Shown: positions 1 to 10,190 of the stretch, piece by piece
Layout: each line of letters starts with the position of its first letter
Position numbering within the stretch: the stretch's first letter is position 1
Assembly (NCBI GenBank): GCA_963575745.1
Contig: CAUYUJ010000259.1
Span: 372,001-436,000 of the forward strand
Direction: 5' to 3'
DNA: 64,000 nucleotides
Source: Prorocentrum cordatum
Taxonomy: Eukaryota
Notes under the pieces: model-generated
The model's database searches: none
Told to the model about the DNA's origin: nothing
The model's input: the letters and a program-made list of their open reading frames with translations, nothing else
Program-made: the position numbers and the translations under genes

Positions 1-14
1 CGACGACGGCGGCC

Positions 15-48
<34 letters not shown>

Positions 49-875
49 TGACCCGCGCCCTCGACCCGCGTCCTCGTGGCCACCTCTCGCCCCCGAACGC
101 CGACGTCATGCTTTTTGTTCCTCGACGCGGACTGCCCCCGAGCTCCCTGGAGGCCTGCGCCCCTCCCGGGGCACCGCGGCTTCTCCTCCCGAGCCTCGGG
201 GGCCCTCAAGAGGGGCGGTGGCCACACCGTTCGGCGAGTCGATGGGGCTTCGGGGTCACCGCACGGTTTTGGGACTCGGGTCGCTCTCCGAGGACGTCTC
301 GGGCGACTGGGGCATCCGAGGTCCCAACACCGTGCGCTGACGGACCGTGCGGTGAGGTCTTGGGGGATTTCGATGTCACCGCACGATCTCTCACCGCACC
401 GTTTCGGGACTCCAAAGAGTCGCTGTTTGACGGTCCCAGGGCACGGTGTCGGCGGGGAGCCCAAGGTGAAGATGAGAAGGAGAAGGCGTTCTCGGAAGGC
501 TCGGAAGTCCCCCGGCCGTTCGAGTATTTTTCAAAGCCTTCCCCGAAGGCACGGACAATATTTAAGAAGGCGCGAGGGTTTCTGAGAAGTCGCGCCGCCA
601 GCTGAGCAGGCCTTCTCCTCATCACTTCCCCCCTCGCTCGCCGAGGACGGTGAGGTCCCCCAGAGGCCGAATACTAAAACCATCCGTCATTGGGAAGGTG
701 CGCAGACATCGTCGATGCGGCTACGCCCCGGACCTTTCGCGGGGTGCGCTCCGACCAAACTTTCGAGGCGAATCCAGCCGTGGCGACGAGGGCCTCAGAG
801 GATGCCCCCCAGGAGCGCAAGCGAGGCGAGGGCAGCGGTATCGGTACCTTCCTCTCCTCTGGGTCATGTGCTTGT

Positions 876-1089
876 TCTGGACGCCCGAAATGGGCACGGA
901 AAGAATGGGTACGATGCCTAACAGCAGTTCTTGTTCATTCTGAACGGGGTTCGCTGTCCGCGCCGCCGCGGCCTGTGCCCATTCGAGACAGAAGGCCGCC
1001 TGCCCAACAGCGGCCGCTGTTGGGTTTGGGACAACATTTGCTGTTGGGCACTGTACCCATTCTTTCGGTACCCATTTCGGGTGTCCAAA
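876..1089. mobile_element. MITE-like element, family D (long TIRs, 5-bp TSD), copy 1
   Basis: Left end TCTGGACGCCCGAAATGGGCACGGAAAGAATGGGTAC.. is near-complementary to right end ..GTACCCATTCTTTCGGTACCCATTTCGGGTGTCCAAA. Flanks are CTTGT/CCTGT. A second copy lies at 60112-60324. Confidence 0.8.
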
Positions 1090-1113
1090 CCTGTCACGAC
1101 GCGAGCGGGTCAG

Positions 1114-1215
1114 GGCCTCGACTTGCCGCCGAGGTGTTGACGACTCCTGCTACTGCGCCGCCATCCGGGCCTGTGGTCGCGGCGGCCGGCCGTTCGCGGC
1201 CCTGCGGCTGCTGAG
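1114..1215 (+). CDS. PPR protein exon (first recognisable; exact acceptor uncertain, 1114 or ~1134)
   Basis: Translates ..GVDDSCYCAAIRACGRGGRPFAALRLL(R). Ends AG|GC in phase 2, matching the next exon. Not in the ORF track in this frame. Confidence 0.75.
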
Positions 1216-1747
1216 GCCCGGGCCTCCCCAACGGGGCCCGAGCAGATCGGGTCGGAGGACAGCGCCACGTCGCCGAGGCACCCGCGACGCGGCGCGGCGT
1301 GGAGCCGGATCTCCTCCGCGCCGCCGCCGCCGGTGCGTGGTCGCCGAAGCATGGGTGACGCATCCGAGGTGCATGTGCGATCCTCCAGCCCTCACCACCC
1401 ACCAAACCATCCCAACCCAACCTGAAGGCTCGAATTTGCCCTCCATGCCCAGCGGGAGGGAGGGGGTCGGAGAACTCTGAAAGAACAGATTTGGAGCCTG
1501 TACCCCCCCCCCCAGCCCGAAATTCGGGCCCTCGGGCAGGGTTGGGGTGGCCTGGTAGGTCCAGTGGGGACCCATGCCAAGAAACACCCTGCTTGCCTAC
1601 ACGGTGTTCTGCATTCCTTGGGCTTCCATGGTTTTGCTATGGACACCGTGACTTCCCAGCACGAAAGATCAGTGGACGTCCTGGGGTCTCAGGGTTGGGT
1701 TTCTTGTGGGAGGTTTCTTGTGGACTGGCCTCAATTCTAGTCAAGCC

Positions 1748-1906
1748 TTATGTCGGGCCTGTCCCTCTACAGCATGAATTTTCCACGATAGTAAAAAATA
1801 GTCTCGGGCCGATTGTTTGAGCATTTGTCTGTCATTTGGGGATATCGTTTGACTATTTTCTAGCTGTCGTCCAAGATCCCCTTGCAGGAAGATAGGCCCG
1901 ACTTAG
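1748..1906. mobile_element. MITE-like element, family A
   Basis: TIRs TTATGTCGGGCCTGTCCCTCTACAG / TTGCAGGAAGATAGGCCCGACTTAG, AT-rich core, 8-bp flanking duplication GTCAAGCC. Confidence 0.75.
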
Positions 1907-1936
1907 GTCAAGCCCCACCTGCTCGAGCCCCTTTTT

Positions 1937-2104
1937 CCGGGGTGGACAGACCTCCTACCCTGACACGTCGATTAGTGAATTGGCCGTTTTCGGTTCGCGA
2001 GAGGGCGTCGTGGCCGTCATTTTTGCGGGTCCAGGCCCGTCGGTTTCGGTCCCAGGCCGTTTTCATTAAAGGGAGGTTTTTCAAGGGAGGTTTGTCCACC
2101 GCCG
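1937..2104. mobile_element. MITE-like element, family F, copy 1
   Basis: TIR GGTGGACAGACCTCC / GGAGGTTTGTCCACC. A highly similar second copy lies at 37565-37733. Confidence 0.75.
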
Positions 2105-2133
2105 TTTTTTGTTTTGGGAGGCTCCTCTGCGAG

Positions 2134-2209
2134 GGAGATGCGGCGCGACGGCCTGGCGCCCAGCGCGGCCAGCCTCAGCGCCGCCATCAGCGCGTGCGCC
2201 GCCGCCGGG
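2134..2209 (+). CDS. PPR protein exon
   Basis: AG acceptor at 2132-2133. Translates (R)EMRRDGLAPSAASLSAAISACAAAG. A GA donor joins it in frame to DWERSL.. Confidence 0.8.
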
Positions 2210-2661
2210 GACAGCTCTCTCCGGGCTTGCTTCGCCGAGAACCGCACGCGCCTCCGTGGCCAGCCGAGGAGGAGGAAGAGGAGCACGAGGAGGAGGAGGC
2301 GGAGGAGGAGGAGGAGGAGGGGGATGAGGAGGAGGAGGAGGAGGAGGAGGAGGAGGAGGACGACGAGAATGAGCATTTTCGGCTGGGGATGCGCAGTGTC
2401 GAGCCTGGGGTGAAGGAGTGCTGTTTTGACTATCTCGAAATGTTTGTTGCTATTTTTAATCCTTCCTCCAAAATCCGCCTGTCGGAGGACATGCCCGACC
2501 TCAGCTTGGTGTGTCGAGAATCGACTCGATCTGGATGTTCCTGGCCCTTCCACGGGGGGTGGCTCCAGAGGCCTCCGAGGGACCTCGGGGGACCCCTTTG
2601 CTATGGCCAGTCCGGACCTGGTTCCATTATGAGTCCGGTGGGCAGTCCTGCATTCGGGGGT

Positions 2662-2838
2662 GGCCAAGAGGGGAGGAGGATTCGGGGGGGGTGGATATCA
2701 TGTCGGGGGCCATGCTATCTCCCCAGATTTCATGGCCCCTCTTCGTATTCCAATGCGTTCCCTGGCCCACCGCGGGGCCGCGCACATGCCGCTGGCCATG
2801 ATTTGCGCCCCCCTCTCGTGGACGCTCCCCTCTAGGCC
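2662..2838. mobile_element. Dispersed ~175-bp element, family E (other copies ~3448-3625, ~3985-4141, ~19575-19754)
   Basis: Shared body GGATATCATG..CCATGATATTTCCTCAGA..GCACATGCC..CCATGATTTGCGCCC..TGGACGCCCCCC with inverted ends GGCCAAGAGGGG / CCCCTCTAGGCC. Confidence 0.7.
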
Positions 2839-5545
2839 GACCTCGATGCATACGGCAGGTCCGTGCCGTGTCGACGCGGCGCCGACCCCAGCGCGAGCTT
2901 ATTCAAGGTGGAACGCCGCCACTGGCCAGGAACCTGCAGTTCCAACGCCATATACCCCCCCCCCAACGTGGATTTCATTTTGGCGACACGCTCGTCTCGG
3001 AACAATGCTCCGGCTTGTGCGCGGGCCACATCTCAGATGACACATGCTGTTGCCGCCTGCCTAGACGCCAGCGACATCCTCCATGGACCGAGAATTTTCT
3101 TTGGGTGGCGGGCAAAGGGTGAAATCTGAAATGCCGTTTCGATGGATGTTCCAGGCTTGAAGTTGCAAAAGGTGATGCACGAGACGGATCGATGCCACCC
3201 TGAGCTCTCCACCCTAAGAAAATGCTCAGGTTGAGCGCGTTGTTCTCGCCGGTGTGTGGGCCACGTCTCTGACTGAACCGACGCGCCGGTCGTCGCGGTA
3301 CGAGCTTGCCGCGCTTTTCATGCAAACCGCGGGGAGGTCGTGCACGTGCATTGCTGCCAGTAGCCGGGGCGGGCCTGCCCCGGGCACGGGGTCCCGCTCG
3401 GCGTCGGCAGCCCGTTCGGCCGTCGAGCGGACTCGAGTATCGGGGGCGGCCAAGAGGGGGTTGAAGAGTAGGGGGGTGGATATCATGGGGTGGGCCATGA
3501 TATTTCCTCAGATCTCATGGCGCCTCTTCTTCTTTCATTGCGCTCCTGGCCCCCCCCCTCCGGGACGCGCACATGCCGCCAGCCATGATTTGCACCCCCC
3601 CGCTTGGACGCCCCCCTCTAGGCCGCCCGCGAGAGTTGTGGAACTCGATCAATGGAGAGGAAGCGTGTGGCCAAATAGTTGCCAGATGTATAAAAATTAT
3701 GTTTAACAAACATGTCTTTAACATGTTCAACACATGTTTAGAACATGTTTCAACCATTTCGAACACATATTCCGTATGTTTGAAGTGTCCAGTGTCGTGG
3801 CATCTACAAGACTCGAGGTGATCCCATCCTCGGGGGCGGTCAGGAGGGGTCGGCCACGCGCAGAGGGGGGTCGGGGGGGGAGGCTTCTTACAAGCACCCC
3901 TGCTGCTTAGAAGGCGTGGGCCTCGCGTGTAGATGTAGGGCCCGCGCCTTCTAAGAAGCAGCCGCCACCTTGTGCGCGCCGCCAATCGGGGGAGCGAATA
4001 TCATGGCCCAGGCAGTGACATCTCCCCAGATGTCATGGCGCTTCTTCTTGTCTCAATGCGTCCCTGGCCCCCCCTGGGCCGCGCACGTGCCGCCGGCCAT
4101 GATTTGCGCCCTCCCATCCTGGACGCCCCCCCCTTGGCCGCCCTCGACATGCGGCCGTCCAGCGGGCTCGTTTCCCAGAGCCCTGTCGGAGCCTGTGCCG
4201 CACGGCTGCTGCAGCGGGGGTGGCCCCATTGGACGGCCCAGCGGGCGTAGACACCCGAACATGGGCCCAGCACGGAGCCGCAGGGCGGCCAGGATGGGTG
4301 TAGTGACTGTGGGCGGGCGGTGGAGAACACATCCAGGAAGCCCGTGACGCAGCAGCGCCCTGGGCGATGAGAAGTGCAGTCAACCCGCATGGCAAGGATG
4401 GGCAGCATTCCCAAGGGTACCCTTGGCATCGTTGCCTTTGGATGCAACTCCTGGGGGTCAAGTTCTGATTTCCCATGGTGCGAGATCCGGCTTAGTCTGG
4501 CTTGATGTAGTTTGATTCGGCTTAGTCACGCTGAATCCCGCTTAATCTGGTTTAATCCAGGGGGGTTGTCTTCCTTGGTCCTTCCGACGAAGCCCTCTCA
4601 GTAGTTGCCTCCTAACTTGCCTCCTTGGCCCATCCGCTTTCGTTGGCCGCGCCCCGCTCGCAAAGTGTCAACATGGCCTTCCAAGGCCCTTGCGTCTTTA
4701 TCGCGAGTCCTTCTGATAGGATCGACTGCACAGTGGCTTCCGCGCCTGCTCGTGGGCGTCGTCGTCATGTCATGACCCCTCCCTTTTTCAAACACACCTC
4801 TCCCCAGCGGTAGAAATTGTTTGTTTCCTATCAAAGAAAATCGACGTAATGTTGAAAGTTCTCGAGCCCCGCGCGGGTTTCTCAGATCGGCATTGGCCCG
4901 TCCTTGGCGGCGCCTTTCGGTGCCGCCCTTGGAGGCGCCGCCAGGGGGCCCAGCTCTGATCCAAGGAATCCGCACGGACCTGCAACAGTTTGTCTTCATA
5001 CGGTCGGATCTGCGTCCAGAGGTATTAATTATGTTGTTTATGTTTGCAGCTCCCCTGTGTTATCATTCCTAACAGAGCATAGCGTATGATGGCTTACCTC
5101 TTTGGTTGATCCCGGAGCTGCCCCCGCTCTTCGGCAGTTTGGTTTAATCGCACAGTTTGTGGTACACCTCACCGGCTTACGTAGGTCATGGAAATGAATG
5201 AAAGCGCATTATTAAAGCAATTGGATGAAGAACAGGCGATGATTTACTAAAGCGAGAAGCGGATCTCTCACATTGCGCGGCCTAATCAAATCAAGACAAG
5301 ACATCATTTAGTAAACGCAAGAACCAGTTTACGAAATTCAACGGATGTTCTAAGTCCGGGGCCGTCTTGCCAAATCCCAGGTCCTATCATTACCCCAGTA
5401 CCGTTTATCCAATCCCCATCCCGACCTTTATTCTCCTTGAGACCCCCACCAAATTACCACCCCAGTTGGGGATACACCCCTCGAAACTCGAAGGGAACGA
5501 CCTATATCCCCATCTAGGGGGTAAATCGGCCAGCGGGGTCTAGGC

Positions 5546-5664
5546 TTAAGTCGGGCCTGTCCCTCTACAGGGGGAATATTCAAAAATAGTAAAACATAGT
5601 CTGGCTTACTATTTTTTGTATTTGTTTCTCATCGTGGCGTATTTTTTTAGCACGCCCGATTGAA
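5546..5664. mobile_element. MITE-like element, family A, with ~34-bp flanking duplication
   Basis: Left TIR TTAAGTCGGGCCTGTCCCTCTACAG, shortened right end CACGCCCGATTGAA. Both flanks read ATCTAGGGGG(G)TAAATCGGCCAGCGGGGTC(T/C)AGGC. Confidence 0.7.
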
Positions 5665-7036
5665 ATCTAGGGGGGTAAATCGGCCAGCGGGGTCCAGGCC
5701 AGATCCCATCATCGCCACGACCCGAGTGGCTCGGTCAACGCCGGTCTCCGGTGCCCTCGGCCGCCTGCGCGCTCCTCGGCGTGGCGAAGGCTCGCGGCGC
5801 CTCCGCGCACGTGCTGCCTCCGCGGCCGCCCTCCTCGTTTCCCTGAGGCGCATTCGTGTGAATTTTACCCTGGCGACGTACCCAAGCCTTGCGGAATGCG
5901 GGGCATAAGTACATCAGGATTGCTACAACGGGGGCGATGACGTAACATGGACGCATGTGGTTTTGCGAGCAGCAATCGGAAGACTCGCAGGCCCCCGGTC
6001 AAGATGTAAGGGCGTCGTGGTGGTTACTAACGCAGCCCACCACAGGGACGGCGTCACTGTGTGAAAACATCAGAGACCCAACGTTTTGAAAAAAAAAGAG
6101 ATACGACGATCAAGGATCTGTGATCAAAACCAGTATCAACAAAAAACCGTCTGTGATCAAAAGCAGAGATCCAACGATCAAAGATCAGGCGTGTTAAGAA
6201 ACGATCTGTCGCTTCCTCCTTCTCTACCCCAGAGATCCAACGTATTGAACAAGTCATGGCGGAGGTTGTTTACAGCTTTCGGCCTCTAGGAGCCCTTACT
6301 GGGCCTCGGGACCGTCAAAAAACGACTCAGGATGGAAAGCCGGTCCTGGGGAATGGGTCGAGACTTTTGGGGACCCCGCATTAAAAAAATCACGACATCG
6401 GATTTCTGGGACAGTCGACCATGATAGCAAGGATGGGGCAACTGTCCAAGGCTACCCTTGCACCCTTGCCCATTCGGTGATCGGCATCCGTCGGCATGCG
6501 GCTGCGCTCTGCACGGAAAACGTCAACACGGCGTTCCCAGGCCCTTGCATCTTTACCGCGCGTCCTTATCATCATGGTCGAGTGTAGTTGCAGCGTGGCC
6601 AGCCGTCTACCCGAACGCGTTGGCGCTCACGTTCGTTCGCTGTTGACCCACGCGTGGATGTGTTCAGTCGTTGCCCCTCGGCTTGTGGGTCATAGCTCGG
6701 CTCTCCTGCTGCCGGTCGGGGCGACCCGAGCACCGCGGCGAGGCGCGGTCGCCAGAAGGCATCCCGAGGCTGGAGAGCCGCCCATCAACTACAAAAACGG
6801 CCGAACATTTCTAGCCGCGCACCTCGAAACCGAAAGCCTCAAACCTCGAACCTAAACTCAAGTCGGGCACGACTTAAGTTTAGGTACGATTTTTCGATGA
6901 GCTTCTGAGTATTGTTTTTTGTCTATGTTATTAGTCCCCAAAAAGTCCGCCTGTGGGGAACATGCCCGACCTAAACCTACACCTCGAACCCGTCAGTTGC
7001 CTTGTCGTCGTCTCGTTTTGCCTGCCCTGCCTTCAG

Positions 7037-7183
7037 GACTGGGAGCGGTCGCTGGCGCTGCTGGCCGCCATGCCGCGCGAGGGGGCCGTGCCCGACGTCG
7101 TGGCCTACAGCGCGGCGATCTCCGCCTGCCGCCTCGGCAGGCAGCCGAGGTGGGCCGAGTGGCTGCTCGAGAAGATGGACCAG
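7037..7183 (+). CDS. PPR protein exon
   Basis: CTTCAG| acceptor. Translates DWERSLALLAAMPREGAVPDVVAYSAAISACRLGRQPRWAEWLLEKMDQ. CAG|GA donor. Confidence 0.9.
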
Positions 7184-7217
7184 GATCGAATCCCAGACGT
7201 GATCGAGTCCCACTCCG

Positions 7218-7465
7218 GCCTCCCAGACGGGGCCGGAGTGGGTGGGGTCGGAGGATCGCGCCGCATATCGCCGATGCATCGCAGATGCATCGCCGATACG
7301 GCTCGGTGTGGAGCCCGACTTGCTTCACGTCGACGTCGCCGACATCGCCGACGTCGCCGTTGCATCGCTGGTGCATCGCCGATGCATCGCCGATAAATCT
7401 TCGATGTGTCGGCGATGCGGCGCGACCATCCGACCCCGTGTACTCGGACCCCATCTGGATCGCAT
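7218..7465. mobile_element. Family B element with CATCGCCGATG palindromic core (others ~1222-1390, ~29545-29735, 60758-61019, 61142-61541)
   Basis: Ends GGCCTCCCAGA(C/T)GGGG..CGGAG and CGGACCCCATCT(G/A)G. The interior is built of GCATCGCCGATGC and GACGTC palindromes. Confidence 0.7.
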
Positions 7466-7980
7466 CCCAGACTCACCGATGAGAAAGGAACTCCTGACCC
7501 TGATTTCACGATGGAGGCCTGGCCTCACGGAGGTCCCCGCCTCTCAGCAGCAAGGATTGGAAGTTTGGGCGGTGTGGTTCGATACATCTGCAGAAACAGA
7601 TCCCCTATCCCGCCTATCCCCCATGCTTTTGGCACTCCTAACGTAGGTCCCCTCCCAAAGGGTCAGGGGTGCTTTCGTTTCTGTTTGCAGACGTGGTCTC
7701 GCTGTGAGAAACCAGGACGGCCGGTTTTTTGTTTGCTAATCTCGGCCTTGGGGGGGGGGTCTCGCCGGGCCCCAGGGCCGTCAAAAGAGGGCCCCGAGAG
7801 ATGGCTCAGGGCTCCGGTGGACCGCGTATTGACCAAATCAGGTGGTCGCATGTCTGGGACAGCACCTTTCGTTATCTCCGACACCGAACCAGGCATCTCG
7901 GACGGTTTTGGAGGTCGCCGCGGAGATCTCTGCGGCCAAAAATCGGGGCAGCGCTCGTGTCAATGAGTTGCATGCCAATG

Positions 7981-8490
7981 TTTGAGCTTACCCACCCGCT
8001 CTACGATGTAGACGTTGCGTACGATCAACACTTAGCAACAGAGAGTTGCCAAGTGATGTCCAACATGGGCAGTCATAGTTTCTGTTGGGGTGTCGATTAT
8101 CACGCAACCAGTAGAGGCGAGCATAGCGAGGAACCGTACTATCTATCAGAAGAGGGTGAGTAGAGAACGGTAGATGGCCTGCGGGGGGAGTCTCATCGCC
8201 ACGGCTGGACGGAGCTCTGACAATTTGTGCGTTCGGACCCTGCAGGGAGTGTTCCGAGGACTTATTTTGAGCTACCCTTGACTCAAGTCGCCTTGCTTCG
8301 GCGTCACCCCAACATAGTTACTAGTACAATGTGTGCGCGCACCCATAAATCTTCTAGTTTATGCGTCGTGGCGGGCGCTTTCTGGCCACACCCCTCGGGA
8401 ACCGATCTACTACAAGATGGGTATTCTAATTATATGTTCGGATATGACGCGCGCCTCCAAAGAGAACATCTAGTACTAGTACGTCGTCCC
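7981..8490 (+). pseudogene. Possible decayed non-LTR retrotransposon endonuclease (EEP/APE-like) fragment
   Basis: ORFs 7729-8163 and 8227-8952 share a frame broken by two stops. Motifs CWGVDYHA (cf. xxGGDFNA) and L*QFV..RTYF..RRHP (cf. L..F..NTFF..TW.HP). Recognition by eye only. Confidence 0.35.
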
Positions 8491-8604
8491 GCTGTTCTGA
8501 ATCAGGCTGCTGGAAGCAGGTCTGGGCACCGTGCCAGCCCAGCATGCTGGGTGGCGACTGTTCTCGCGGTGGCACGGGAGGCCGTGGCGCGTGACACCTC
8601 GTCA

Positions 8605-8856
8605 GAAGGAGGAGGAGGAGGAGGAGGAGGAGGTGTTGGAGGAGGAAGAGGAGGAAAGGGGAGGAGGGGGTGGAGGGGAAGGAGGGGGAAGAGGGGGAGG
8701 AGGAGGAGGAGGAGGAGAAGGAGGAAGAGGAGGAGGAGGAGGAGAAGGAGGAAGAGGAGGAGGAGGAGGAGGAGAAGGAGGAAGAGGAGGAGGAGGATTA
8801 GGAGGAGGAGGAGGAGGAGGAGGAGAGAAGGAGGAGGAGGAGAGGAGGGGGAGGAG
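8605..8856. repeat. (GAG)n / GGA purine microsatellite
   Basis: Direct reading of the sequence. Confidence 0.95.
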
Positions 8857-8960
8857 TCCAAGGTTCTATGCTCTGTCCCGACGTCGCTGGTGCATCGCCG
8901 ATGCTGCTGCGATCCAGTACGATGTTGCGGCCCTCGGAACAAGGCAAGTTGAGACAACGG

Positions 8961-9150
8961 TTAAGTTGGGCGCGTCCCTCTGCAGAAGAAATATTCAAAA
9001 ATAGTAGAAGAATTGTCTGGCGACAATGTTTCGACTATTTTTGGGGGTCTTTTTGAACATTTTGTTGACTATGTGTTTTGAACATTTTGTTTAATATGTT
9101 TGTATGTGTCCTCCAAAATCCGCCTGTCTGTAAGAGGACATGCCCGACCT
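8961..9150. mobile_element. MITE-like element, family A
   Basis: TIRs TTAAGTTGGGCGCGTCCCTCTGCAG / CTGTAAGAGGACATGCCCGACCT. Exact 10-bp duplication GAGACAACGG at 8951-8960 and 9151-9160. Confidence 0.8.
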
Positions 9151-9719
9151 GAGACAACGGCAGCTCTTCGCCGTGCCCACATCCGCTCCAAAAAGCAGAG
9201 CATCTCTTGGGGGTTGAGGGCAAGGGGTGAAATCCGAAATGCCGTCTCGATGGATGTTCGAGGCTTGAGCCTGCAAGAAGTGAATCACAAGACGGATTGA
9301 TGTTCGAGGTGCACCAGCCCCTATGGATTCCACCCTGAGCCCTCCACCCTAAGAACATGCTCAGGAAAAGGCCCCCTCGGAGCCCTCTGGGGGCGCTCGT
9401 TCCCGACCCGCCCGCCGGCGCCGCCCCTCTCCGCCCGTGGCGTCCTCCCCGGCCCCCCTGGCTTCGTTCGCTGTTCGTGTGCACCCGTTCGGTCCCCACT
9501 CGAGTTCCAAACACCTGTCCTGGTTTATACATATATATATGTCTGTATACAGGTCTGTACATGTATCTAGTTATACCCATCTACAAAAATGAAACGGTTG
9601 ACGCGGATCTGTGTACATCTACAATTGTAGACAAATGTTTGTAGGAATGTTGAAGCAGATAGATGCTGCTCTCCAGCGTTGAGCTCGCGCCCGGCAGTCC
9701 CCCCACCCGCCTCCGGCAG

Positions 9720-9835
9720 GAGCTCGTGCCGCCCGACGTGGTGGCCTACAGCGCGGCCATCTCCGCGTGCGCGGAGGGGCGGCGCTGGGCGCAGTCGCTG
9801 CGGCTCCTCGGCACGATGCGCGGCGCGGGCGTGAG
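9720..9835 (+). CDS. PPR protein exon
   Basis: CAG| acceptor. Translates ELVPPDVVAYSAAISACAEGRRWAQSLRLLGTMRGAGV(R). AG|GC donor, phase 2. Confidence 0.9.
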
Positions 9836-9963
9836 GCCCCCTGGGGGCAGCCCCGCGCGGCCCTCACGGCCGAACCTCTCGCCAGCGGGGTCCGAGCAGC
9901 TGTTGGCGAGCGGGCGCCTCGTTGGTTTCATCCCTCGTCTGGGGGTCGGCGGGATGGCGTAAG

Positions 9964-10075
9964 CCTCTCCTCCTCCCCCCCCCTCCTCCTCCTCCTCCTC
10001 CTCCTCCTCATCATATGGTACGTTCACTCCTCCTCCTCCTCCTCCTCCTCCTCCTCCTCCTCCTCCTCCTCCTCC

Positions 10076-10108
<33 letters not shown>

Positions 10109-10190
10109 CCCTCCTCCTCCACCTCATCCTCCTCCTCCTCCTCCTCCTCTTCCTCCTCCTCCCCCTTTCCTCCTCCTCTTCCTCCTCTTC
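9964..10190. repeat. (CCT)n/(CAT)n microsatellite
   Basis: Direct reading of the sequence. Confidence 0.95.

Noticed and set aside
1882..2835. 317-aa ORF with poly-Glu
   Set aside because: It runs through MITE F, a GAG tract and MITE A/E pieces. The real PPR exon inside it uses another frame.
5700..5850. GC-rich exon-like island (AACALLGVAKARG)
   Set aside because: The PPR exons at 2134-2209 and 7037-7183 already join into an exact 35-aa repeat without it, and no convincing splice sites are present.
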